The translations under genes and the position numbers were made by a program. Of a stretch of DNA of 49,659 nucleotides, positions 8,465-16,776 are shown in pieces (positions within the stretch are counted from its first letter, which is position 1; every line of letters begins with the position of its first letter). The notes beneath the pieces were generated by a model. It saw nothing but the letters and a program-made list of their open reading frames with translations. It had not been told where the DNA came from and did no database searches. Origin of the DNA: Pelagibacteraceae bacterium AG-422-B15 (GTDB lineage: Bacteria > Pseudomonadota > Alphaproteobacteria > Pelagibacterales > AG-422-B15); the NCBI GenBank assembly GCA_905182445.1, contig CAJJBM010000027.1:1-49659 (forward strand), given 5' to 3'.

Positions 8465-10072
8465 TTAGTTTAAATACTTTTCTGCAGTTTTTGGCAGCTT
8501 AATATCGGTATAATCTATCTCATATTTATCAAAAACATTCACTGCTGGAAAAACACTATTAAAATATGAGTTGGCACCTGGCATATTTGGTTGCAAAGGT
8601 GGTTCTGGCATCGTTCGCCAATCACCAACTTCAAATGACCCTTGATTAACATAAACTATCCTTGCAATGGAGCTCCATAGCCCCGATAAGTCACTTCCTC
8701 GACTAAAAATATTATCACCACAATCGCCTGAAGTTTGAATTCCAGGAGGAAACGACGTTTGAAATGTATTGCCTTTAAAACAATTTCCTAAATTTGATAT
8801 ACCGCTCAAAGCCAAATCAGCTTTCTTTGAATTTATGATTAAATTATCTTGAATAAGATTACCGTGTGCAGGCCAATAATTATCATCAAACGCAGCAGTG
8901 ATTACTACTCCAAAAACATCGTGATCATTTATAACATTATTTTTTATAATATTATTATTACCCCCTGCAATTATAATCCCGTTACCTAATGTAATATACT
9001 GATTAGGCCAAGCCGGAGCTTTAATATTATTATTGTTCTCAATGTGATTGCCGATTATGAAACTTTCACGCTCCGGTGGCAATAATTCACTATCAAGAGT
9101 ATTGGGTGCAATGCCTCCCATATTATTTCTAAATATAGAACTAATAATATAAAGATCGCCACCTGCATTAGTACCTGAATAACCTAGACCATTATTTTCT
9201 GAAATCACATTATTGATTACAGCTTTGCATGGATAACATTGTCCAATATAAAAGCCTGCATCTGGTGAGCCTGATGCGTAAGAATGTTCAATAATACCAT
9301 CTACAGAATCAAATGCATAAATACCATAATCGCCATTGTTATATGCTGTTACGTATGATGCTCTGTAGCCTTCAGCTGTTGCCCAATAAAATCCATTAAG
9401 TAAAGCATTGCGAGCAGTAATATTTTCAACTGCTACTCCATCGACACCCGCAACAATTATGCCATTCGCTTTTTCAAATTCACCATCAATAATAACTTCA
9501 TTGCGGTCAACTCCTCTAATAGTTAAAGATGGAGTTCTGACTACAACTTCTTCATAATAAATTCCCTTATCGATAAGAACTAAATCACCTGGATTTGAAG
9601 AGTCTACTGCATCTTGAATAGTATCATATTGGCTTGGAACAAATCGCACTTGCCCACTCCAGTCTTCTACAACGTCATCTTTATTAAAATTTGTATATTC
9701 ATGATAATCAATATCACCAACTACAACAGATCCTGCCATTCCCCAATCACCTTCCGGTGAGGCATGGTATGAACAAATATACTTATAAAGACCCTCGGTT
9801 TGAAAAACTATTTCAATGGAGTCTTTTTTTGGTACATCTGTATAGCCACCCCAACTTTCGTCCGTCGCTATAACATTATGCGGATTGTTGCCTGCGTTAT
9901 AGAATCTAACTACTCCTCCCTCATGCACTCTAACAACAGGTGGAGAAAACGAGTTATCAATCATTCTTACTCCAGTATAAGCCGAGCTCGGAGAGTTGTC
10001 GCAACTGCTAAAGAAAAGTACTGATAGAATCAGAATAAAAGTACCTAGCAATAAACCTCTATAATAGTGCAT
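8465..10072 (-). CDS. Lipoprotein: N-terminal cupredoxin (type 1 Cu) domain fused to a right-handed parallel beta-helix (NosD-like) region
   Basis: Lipobox LFFSS-C24. Candidate Cu ligands are NPH(N), C-SY-H and GM(AG) within a roughly 85-aa beta-sandwich-like segment. These are followed by many G/N/I-rich repeats typical of pectin-lyase-fold and NosD proteins (ENNGLGY, RNNMGGI, GNHIENNN, IIKNNVINDH, IQDNLI). Confidence 0.75.
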   Translation of the reverse strand: MHYYRGLLLGTFILILSVLFFSSCDNSPSSAYTGVRMIDNSFSPPVVRVHEGGVVRFYNAGNNPHNVIATDESWGGYTDVPKKDSIEIVFQTEGLYKYICSYHASPEGDWGMAGSVVVGDIDYHEYTNFNKDDVVEDWSGQVRFVPSQYDTIQDAVDSSNPGDLVLIDKGIYYEEVVVRTPSLTIRGVDRNEVIIDGEFEKANGIIVAGVDGVAVENITARNALLNGFYWATAEGYRASYVTAYNNGDYGIYAFDSVDGIIEHSYASGSPDAGFYIGQCYPCKAVINNVISENNGLGYSGTNAGGDLYIISSIFRNNMGGIAPNTLDSELLPPERESFIIGNHIENNNNIKAPAWPNQYITLGNGIIIAGGNNNIIKNNVINDHDVFGVVITAAFDDNYWPAHGNLIQDNLIINSKKADLALSGISNLGNCFKGNTFQTSFPPGIQTSGDCGDNIFSRGSDLSGLWSSIARIVYVNQGSFEVGDWRTMPEPPLQPNMPGANSYFNSVFPAVNVFDKYEIDYTDIKLPKTAEKYLN

Positions 10073-10209
10073 AGATTTATTATGGCTTAGGATAATAAAG
10101 AAGCAATAAAATTATGCTTGAGATATAGTCATTTTGTATTGAAATTTAAGCATGTAATTGAATAATTTTTCTGATTTAACCATTTATAACTAATCTTATT
10201 AATTCATTT

Positions 10210-10437
10210 CTAATTCGGATTATCGGCTAAAAATTTGATGAACACTGTTAACTCTTCAATTTTATCATCCGGTATATCTTTGTATGAACAGCCATATTTA
10301 TTTTTTATTTCTAAAGATACATGCGCATACGGGTTCCTGCCTTTTGGATGATTTGGATGATCAGGCAAAGCTCCTTTTAGGCTATCTCCTGTTGCTAGTA
10401 TTAATTGCCATATTTTTTTTGCGTTTTCCTGTTGCAT
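10210..10437 (-). CDS. Hypothetical protein (75 aa)
   Basis: Open frame only. Soluble, with no motif I recognise. It is divergent from the rhodanese gene with a 25-nt spacer. Confidence 0.45.
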   Translation of the reverse strand: MQQENAKKIWQLILATGDSLKGALPDHPNHPKGRNPYAHVSLEIKNKYGCSYKDIPDDKIEELTVFIKFLADNPN

Positions 10438-10462
10438 ATAAATACTGTATAATAACTTTGTT

Positions 10463-10834
10463 ATGATTAAAAATATTAATGCAGAAAAAGCCTATCTTTC
10501 TTTAAAAGAGAATACTAATTCAAAATTAATTGATGTAAGAACTGCGGCTGAATGGAAAGATGATGGTTATGCTGACTTAAATTCTATTGGGCATGAAGTT
10601 CATTTTATTTCATGGGTCAACGAAGATGGTAGTCCTAACGATCTATTTATTGAAGAAGTAAAACGTTTAAATATTCAAGCAGATGATTCATTATTTTTTA
10701 TTTGTAGATCTGGGGTGAGATCACAGCATGCCGGTAACTTTTTAAATAGCAATCTTAAATTGGAAAATATATTTAATATTGAAGGCGGGATGGAATTTGG
10801 ATGGAAAAGCTTCAACTTACCGTTGAAATTCTAG
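10463..10834 (+). CDS. Single-domain rhodanese-like sulfurtransferase
   Basis: 123 aa with active-site loop CRSGVRS and a typical LIDVRTAAEW N-terminal motif. Confidence 0.85.
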   Translation: MIKNINAEKAYLSLKENTNSKLIDVRTAAEWKDDGYADLNSIGHEVHFISWVNEDGSPNDLFIEEVKRLNIQADDSLFFICRSGVRSQHAGNFLNSNLKLENIFNIEGGMEFGWKSFNLPLKF

Positions 10835-10955
10835 TCTGATTGATAAGAGAGTAAAAGTAATTATACCATTCTACAGAAGATATCTGAATATAATTAATGG
10901 TTATAACACATAGCTAAGCAGCTATTGATATTTTATTGGGTAGTAAATTATATTA

Positions 10956-11020
10956 CCTCGGGTTATCTAAAAATTAATTTAATCAGCACTACAAATATTG
11001 TAATACTTGGATAGCCCGAG
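10956..11020. repeat. Imperfect inverted repeat (11-bp arms, 42-nt spacer) in a convergent intergenic region
   Basis: CTCGGGTTATC (10957-10967) pairs with GATAGCCCGAG (11010-11020), with one G-U position in the plus sense. It lies between the ends of the rhodanese gene and cspA. Confidence 0.3.
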
Positions 11021-11040
11021 ATAAATAATAAGCTTATTGA

Positions 11041-11247
11041 CTATTCAACAACACTTAAGTTTACAGCAGATTCTTTGCCTTTATTTTCTGCTAGCTCATA
11101 TTCTACTTTTTGACCTTCATCAAGTGCTTGAAGACCAGCTTTTTCAAGAGCTGAGATATGAACGAATACATCATTAGATCCACCTTCTGGTGCGATAAAA
11201 CCGTATCCTTTTTTAGTGTTAAACCATTTAACAGTACCTATTGTCAT
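11041..11247 (-). CDS. cspA: Cold-shock protein (CspA family)
   Basis: 68 aa. RNP1 KGYGFI and RNP2 VFVHIS motifs. Confidence 0.95.
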   Translation of the reverse strand: MTIGTVKWFNTKKGYGFIAPEGGSNDVFVHISALEKAGLQALDEGQKVEYELAENKGKESAVNLSVVE

Positions 11248-11485
11248 TATTTATCCTTTTGTTTTATTTATTAGTGCCTCATCAACAACCGCGCTATGAA
11301 GCATGAGATTAAAAGTATTTGAAATGAATATATTAAGAAATAAAATTAAAAAGAGTAAAAAGGGAAGTGATTATTAGTAATAATGTTGCCTTTAATAGGT
11401 TCTATTAAATATTTAAAGTCTTAATTCTCCAAAGCAACAATTCATAATCTAAATAGTTTATATAATTGATGTTCAAAAAAAGCAA
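11248..11485 (-). promoter_or_regulatory. Putative cspA promoter and long (about 200 nt) 5' leader
   Basis: In the minus sense there is TTGCTT (11485-11480), 17 nt, then TATAAA (11462-11457). No ORF lies between this and the cspA ATG. Long structured leaders are typical of cspA genes. Confidence 0.3.
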
Positions 11486-11549
11486 TTTATTAAAAATTAC
11501 GATTTTTAGTAAAATTTGTTTAAAAAACCGAGTTGGTACAATAAAAAAA

Positions 11550-12485
11550 CTATAATGATAAAAAATCTGTAACTTTATTATTATTAAGCTCCCACCATTT
11601 AAGCCCCAAATTTCTTATATTTCTCAAGTTATCTTCTGTATAATCATCTAAATTCCAATTTATATTCTCTGCGACAGAGTTAATCCGAAGATAATCTTTA
11701 CCAATTAAGTCATCTAAAATTTCATGGTCAGCATGTGAATCAAGTAGGATTCCGATTATATCATTTGTTAGCCATCCATAAGGACCCCACTTAGAAGAAT
11801 CTTCACCATCTAAATTTTTCAAATGCCTTCCCGTTCCAACACTAAATACTTTTATATTATCTGTTTTAAAATATTTGCGCGCTTCATTATAGCCAATTAA
11901 GCATGGGTTATTAGAAACTACACTGCCATCAATTAACCATGAGCCATCTTCAATTTGAACTGTAGGATAATATAAGGGTGCAGCTGAAGTTGCATTAATT
12001 GCACTAGTTACTTTAATGTCTTGATCTGTATAGCTAGATAGAATTCTTGGCTTTCTATTCTCTACATCGTAAGCAAGAACTGCAATAGGTTTTTTTGAAT
12101 CAGATATAAGTTTATTTCCAAAATATTTTTCTAATAGCTCTGTTTTGGAATTATTATTGTATTTTGGCTTTGTTGTTAAAATAAAGTTCTTAGTCCAAAA
12201 AGAACTTTGCATGCTCATAGCTAGATTATCTTGAGACCAAAAGCTTTCCAACTCACTTACTTCAACCTCATTAACGACAAGATGCATAGCATTTAATCCA
12301 CCAGTACTTGTTCCAATAAAAAAATCAAATAAATCAAAAATCTTTTTACCACTAGCTTTCTCTAATTCCTTTAAAAACATTACAGTTGCAAGACCTCTTA
12401 CTCCGCCGCCATCTAAGGATAGGACTAGCTTGTATTCTTTTTTTTGTTCTATTAATTTAAATAGATTTAGAAATTTATCTAACAT
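11550..12485 (-). CDS. Patatin-like phospholipase
   Basis: Oxyanion motif DGGGVRG, nucleophile elbow GTSTGG, and catalytic Asp in IDGSVVSNNP. Confidence 0.9.
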   Translation of the reverse strand: MLDKFLNLFKLIEQKKEYKLVLSLDGGGVRGLATVMFLKELEKASGKKIFDLFDFFIGTSTGGLNAMHLVVNEVEVSELESFWSQDNLAMSMQSSFWTKNFILTTKPKYNNNSKTELLEKYFGNKLISDSKKPIAVLAYDVENRKPRILSSYTDQDIKVTSAINATSAAPLYYPTVQIEDGSWLIDGSVVSNNPCLIGYNEARKYFKTDNIKVFSVGTGRHLKNLDGEDSSKWGPYGWLTNDIIGILLDSHADHEILDDLIGKDYLRINSVAENINWNLDDYTEDNLRNIRNLGLKWWELNNNKVTDFLSL

Positions 12486-12535
12486 GATATAAGTTTACTT
12501 TATAATTTAGATTAATTTTATAAAAAAATTTTATT

Positions 12536-13237
12536 ATGATAACGAAATCAAGTGAATTTTTAATGGGCGCAAAGGATATTATGCCACATCACTTGGGTGT
12601 TTTTCCATTTGGTTTAGTTTTTGGCGTAATTGCAATGACAAGCGGTCTTTCTATTCTAGAGGCAATATTAATGTCTTCAATAATTTTTGGTGGTGCTAGC
12701 CAAATTGTGTTTGTACAACTTTGGTCTGTTGGAGTCCCATCTTTCATAGTAGGCAGTTCTGTAGCCATAGTTAACCTAAGGCATCTACTTTATAGTGCTT
12801 CACTTGCTAAATATGTTGAAAGTCTACCTTTAAGATGGCGGATGCTACTTGCATATCTACTTACAGATCAATCGTATTCAGTTATGGTGCAAAAGTATCG
12901 TACAGAAGAATTTTCACAATATAATCATTACTATTTTTTAGGTAGCGGATTAACTCTTTGGGCAGGCTGGCAAATTGCAACGATATTTGGGGTTTTGGGC
13001 GCATCTTTTATATCTGAAGAGTGGTCACTAACTTTTGCTATATCATTAACATTTATTGCTATTGTCATACCGCTGCTTAAAACTAGGGCCGATTTGATTG
13101 CCTGTTTAACAGCGGGTATTTTATCAATAGTTCTTCAGCCTTTGCCGTGGAAACTCTGGCTTATATTTGCTGGACTTGGAGGAATAACTGCAGGATGGAT
13201 TGCCACAACAATAATTCAACGAAATAAGGAGCTTTAG
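12536..13237 (+). CDS. azlC: AzlC-family branched-chain amino acid exporter subunit
   Basis: 233 aa and polytopic. Typical AzlC segments (GASQIVFVQL, LRHLLYSASL). Followed 2 nt later by azlD. Confidence 0.8.
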   Translation: MITKSSEFLMGAKDIMPHHLGVFPFGLVFGVIAMTSGLSILEAILMSSIIFGGASQIVFVQLWSVGVPSFIVGSSVAIVNLRHLLYSASLAKYVESLPLRWRMLLAYLLTDQSYSVMVQKYRTEEFSQYNHYYFLGSGLTLWAGWQIATIFGVLGASFISEEWSLTFAISLTFIAIVIPLLKTRADLIACLTAGILSIVLQPLPWKLWLIFAGLGGITAGWIATTIIQRNKEL

Positions 13238-13239
13238 CG

Positions 13240-13554
13240 ATGATTTGGGTAGTCATGATAATTGCAGGTATAATTACATATGGCACTCGCTTTTCTATGT
13301 TTAATAAAACCATTGCTAAGAAAATGCCGGCATGGGTTGAAACTCCATTACATTACGTTCCAATTGCTTTATTGACTGCAATTATTGTACCAGAAGTATT
13401 AATCAGTAATGATACATTAAATCTTTCTATCTTTGAAAATCTGAGAATTATTGCTGCATGCGTTGCAGTATTTATTGCTTTAATATCAAGAAATATAATT
13501 GCAACTATTGCATCTGGGTTAATTTGTCTTTGGTTATTACAATGGTTAATTTGA
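13240..13554 (+). CDS. azlD: AzlD-family small membrane subunit
   Basis: 104 aa. The GIITYGTRFSMF N-terminal motif is typical of AzlD. Coupled to azlC. Confidence 0.8.
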   Translation: MIWVVMIIAGIITYGTRFSMFNKTIAKKMPAWVETPLHYVPIALLTAIIVPEVLISNDTLNLSIFENLRIIAACVAVFIALISRNIIATIASGLICLWLLQWLI

Positions 13555-13603
13555 GTATGAGTAATATTATTTATATAGACAAAATTAAAATATAGACTAA
13601 CTA

Positions 13604-14005
13604 TTGAACATTATGATTAACAAAAATGAATACACATTTGCTGGCTTAAGCATGGAAAAGATTTCACTTATTTATGGATTATTTCTTATCTTGTGGGGAG
13701 CTGCTGTAAGCTATTTAAGCGCTAGTAACTCAATTACTTCTTACATTCCATCAATGTTTGGTTTGCCAATACTATTTTTTGCAATATTAGCTTTATTGAT
13801 TCCAAGTAAGAAAAAATTGCTTATGCATATTGTTGTAACTTTTGGTTTAATTGTCTTTTTGGGCGGACTCGATTTTTTAAGAAGTATTGGAAATCTTTTT
13901 GAAAACATTTGGGCGGACAGTTCAAAATTAATGATGTTAATTACAGGCGCTATCTTTACATTACTTTGTATCAAGTCTTTTATATTTGCTCGAAAAAATA
14001 AGTAA
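13604..14005 (+). CDS. Membrane protein of unknown function (4 TM)
   Basis: 133 aa and hydrophobic. The track start is TTG at 13604. An ATG at 13613 is an alternative start. Confidence 0.55.
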   Translation: MNIMINKNEYTFAGLSMEKISLIYGLFLILWGAAVSYLSASNSITSYIPSMFGLPILFFAILALLIPSKKKLLMHIVVTFGLIVFLGGLDFLRSIGNLFENIWADSSKLMMLITGAIFTLLCIKSFIFARKNK

Positions 14006-14659
14006 CTACGCCTTGATAGTCTTCAATGGCTTTTTTCTATTTGGATAACAAGTATTACAAATCTTACATTCTAATCCAAAGCAACTTCTTGCTGTACAAA
14101 ACTCTCTACCATAAAAGATAATCTGTAAATGTAGTTTGTTCCATGCTTTTTCTGGAAACAATTTTTTTAAATCTTTTTCAGTTTGTACAACATTCTTACC
14201 ATTAGTTAAACCCCATCTCTGTGCTAGTCGATGGATATGGGTATCAACAGGAAAAGCTGGATGACCAAATCCTTGAGACATCACAACACTTGCAGTTTTA
14301 TGTCCCACCCCTGGCAGTTTCTCAAGTTCAATAAAGTCTTCAGGTACTTCGCCATTAAATTTTTCGATAAGTATTCTAGATAGGTCATAAATGGCTTTTG
14401 ATTTTTTTGGGCCTAAACCACAAGGCTTTACAATTTTATAAATAGTATTTAATGAAACTTTTTTCATTAAATAGGGGTTATTAGCCTTATTAAATAATAG
14501 CGGTGTAACTTGATTAACCCGTTCATCAGTACACTGAGCACTAAGTAAAACGGCTACTAATAATTCAAATTTATTTACGTGATTTAATGGTATAGGAGTA
14601 GAGGGGTAGATTTTATTTAATGTCTTTTCAATAAATTTAACCCGTTCATTTTTATTCAT
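14006..14659 (-). CDS. nth: Endonuclease III
   Basis: HhH-GPD motif LPGVGHKTASVVM, VDTHIHR, and a C-terminal Cys cluster for the 4Fe-4S centre. Confidence 0.9.
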   Translation of the reverse strand: MNKNERVKFIEKTLNKIYPSTPIPLNHVNKFELLVAVLLSAQCTDERVNQVTPLLFNKANNPYLMKKVSLNTIYKIVKPCGLGPKKSKAIYDLSRILIEKFNGEVPEDFIELEKLPGVGHKTASVVMSQGFGHPAFPVDTHIHRLAQRWGLTNGKNVVQTEKDLKKLFPEKAWNKLHLQIIFYGREFCTARSCFGLECKICNTCYPNRKKPLKTIKA

Positions 14660-14662
14660 CTT

Positions 14663-15493
14663 TTATTTGTCTAGCTTCCATTCTGGTCTGCCCACAAAAC
14701 ATAAGATTTTGTCTTTAAGTGATTTTGCATTTTTATAATCTTGATACATTGTAATCCAAAATTGAAACGTAATTTTTAAAGGATTAAATGTTTTTACATT
14801 ATCTACTATCCCATAAACAACTTTACTTTTTTCATCTGCAAATGTTCCAAATAATCTATCCCATATAATCAAAAAGTTACCATAATTTTTATCTAGGTAT
14901 TCTTCATTAGAGCCGTGGTGAACTCTGTGTGCAGACGGTGTGACAAAGATATATTCTAATGGTCCAAGTCTATTAATCCATTGTGTGTGTCCTAGTACTC
15001 CCCATAGTGTTAAAATAATTCCTGCTGCTGCTGTAATTATTGGATCAAAACCTAGTAACGGCATAAACATAAAAAATGGTATTTTTGTTAAAGGGCCAAA
15101 CCAAGCTTGTCTTAATGAAACTGAAAAATTCATTTCTTCACTAGAATGATGATTCATATGTACAGCCCATAAAAATCTAACCCTATGAGAGCAGCGATGA
15201 TACCAATAAAATATAAAGTCAATTGTTATAAAAGTTAGTACCCATACAAATACTGGGCTTAATAAGTCATTGATTGCCACTAAATTAAATTGATATAAAT
15301 AAACATAGAAAAATAATACTGAACCTTTAGTCAGAAAATTAATTAAGACATTCCCAGCCAGCAAGCCATACCCTGCAAGGCTATCTTTTAATGAATAGTA
15401 TCCGAGGTTTTTTGAAGATGAATAAATTACTTCAGCTAAAATTAAGCCAAGTACAATTGGCACACCGTAAGAATAAATTTCTAAATCATTCAT
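14663..15493 (-). CDS. Fatty acid hydroxylase / sterol desaturase superfamily membrane protein
   Basis: Histidine boxes HRCSH, HMNHH and HRVHH. About four TM segments. Confidence 0.8.
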   Translation of the reverse strand: MNDLEIYSYGVPIVLGLILAEVIYSSSKNLGYYSLKDSLAGYGLLAGNVLINFLTKGSVLFFYVYLYQFNLVAINDLLSPVFVWVLTFITIDFIFYWYHRCSHRVRFLWAVHMNHHSSEEMNFSVSLRQAWFGPLTKIPFFMFMPLLGFDPIITAAAGIILTLWGVLGHTQWINRLGPLEYIFVTPSAHRVHHGSNEEYLDKNYGNFLIIWDRLFGTFADEKSKVVYGIVDNVKTFNPLKITFQFWITMYQDYKNAKSLKDKILCFVGRPEWKLDK

Positions 15494-15507
15494 ATCCTAA
15501 TTATACC

Positions 15508-16716
15508 TTAAGTGGGATTTTTCTCTAGAGACTTTTCATAAATTGGGAAATGCATTAAAGCTGAAGCAAATCCGAGTACAACACAAATCCACCACATAAT
15601 CTCATATGAACCGTAAATATCATAAAATCTACCTCCGAACCATGAACCAGCAAATGAGCCAAGCTGATGTGATAAGAATGTAAATCCATATAACATTGAC
15701 ATATATCTAGAACCAAAAATTACAGAAATTATTCCGCTTGTGAGCGGTACAGTTGAAAGCCATAAAATACCTAATAAAGCAGCAAAAATTAAAATGGTAA
15801 TTTCAGTCTTTGGTAGGAAAATAAAGATTAAAAATAAAATTGATCTTAAGCTATATAGAATAACTAATAAGTTTTTTTTAGACTTACTATCGCCTAATCG
15901 ACCAAACATAAGTGTACCCACTACGTTGAATAATCCAATTAAACCAAGCGACCAAGATCCAACCCAAGCAGATAAAGATAAATCTTCTAAATATGCTGGT
16001 AGATGTGTTGCAACAAATGCAACATGAAATCCACACACAAAAAAACCTACCGTAAGTAATATATAGCTTTTATTTACAAATGCTTCAGCTAGTACAGATT
16101 TTAAAGGACGGTCTTGGTTCTGACTAGTTTCAAAATTTTTACCTGATAAGTTTAGCGCTAATGAAAATATAATCATTATTAAGGCAATAAAGCAGAGGTA
16201 TACTATTGATCTTTGCCAATCGCTTGCTGCAATTAAAATTCCAGTTAATGGAACAATCAAAAATTGACCAAGTGATCCAGCTGCCATAACCACACCTAAA
16301 GCTAGGGTTCTATTTTTTTCCAAGACAGTCTTACCAACAGCACCGAGTACAACGGCTGTACCACAACCAGCACAACCTAAGCCAAAGATAGCTTGCGAAA
16401 GAATTAAAAATGCGGAGCTTTCTGCTAATGAAAATAGGTATAAGCCGATAATAAATAAAATAACTCCGTATATAGCAGCTTGACCTGAACCATATTTATC
16501 AGCAATAGCGCCAAAAATAGGAGATCCAAAACCAATCATTAAAAATTGGATTGCGATAGCAAAACCAAACACTTCTCTCCCTGTACCCAGCTGATTAGAA
16601 ACAGGAGATAAATATAGTCCTGAAGAATGACGAATGCCAAAAGATACCAGTAATAAAATACACCCGCCAATAATAACAACAAATGGTATAGTGCTTTTTG
16701 AAATAGAAATTTTCAT
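15508..16716 (-). CDS. MFS transporter
   Basis: 402 aa with a hydrophobic pattern of about 12 TM. The GAIADKYG-type loop after TM2 is typical of MFS transporters. Confidence 0.8.
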   Translation of the reverse strand: MKISISKSTIPFVVIIGGCILLLVSFGIRHSSGLYLSPVSNQLGTGREVFGFAIAIQFLMIGFGSPIFGAIADKYGSGQAAIYGVILFIIGLYLFSLAESSAFLILSQAIFGLGCAGCGTAVVLGAVGKTVLEKNRTLALGVVMAAGSLGQFLIVPLTGILIAASDWQRSIVYLCFIALIMIIFSLALNLSGKNFETSQNQDRPLKSVLAEAFVNKSYILLTVGFFVCGFHVAFVATHLPAYLEDLSLSAWVGSWSLGLIGLFNVVGTLMFGRLGDSKSKKNLLVILYSLRSILFLIFIFLPKTEITILIFAALLGILWLSTVPLTSGIISVIFGSRYMSMLYGFTFLSHQLGSFAGSWFGGRFYDIYGSYEIMWWICVVLGFASALMHFPIYEKSLEKNPT

Positions 16717-16776
16717 ATTTAAAAAATATATATTAAATACCTTGGAAAGAAAATAATTTAAACCATATTATAAATC

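Noticed and set aside
9691-10024. Two short plus-strand ORFs (60 and 74 aa) inside the cupredoxin/beta-helix gene
   Set aside because: They are antisense shadow frames of a 535-aa gene with coherent domain structure.
10210-10437. The 75-aa orphan as half of a toxin-antitoxin pair
   Set aside because: There is no adjacent small partner ORF on the same strand, since the next gene is 137 nt away and encodes a 535-aa lipoprotein. It has no recognisable toxin or antitoxin motif.
11550-12485. Patatin-like phospholipase as a defence-system effector (CBASS-like or similar)
   Set aside because: No cyclase, sensor, ATPase or other partner is adjacent. Its neighbours are cspA and azlCD. It looks like a stand-alone housekeeping lipase or esterase.
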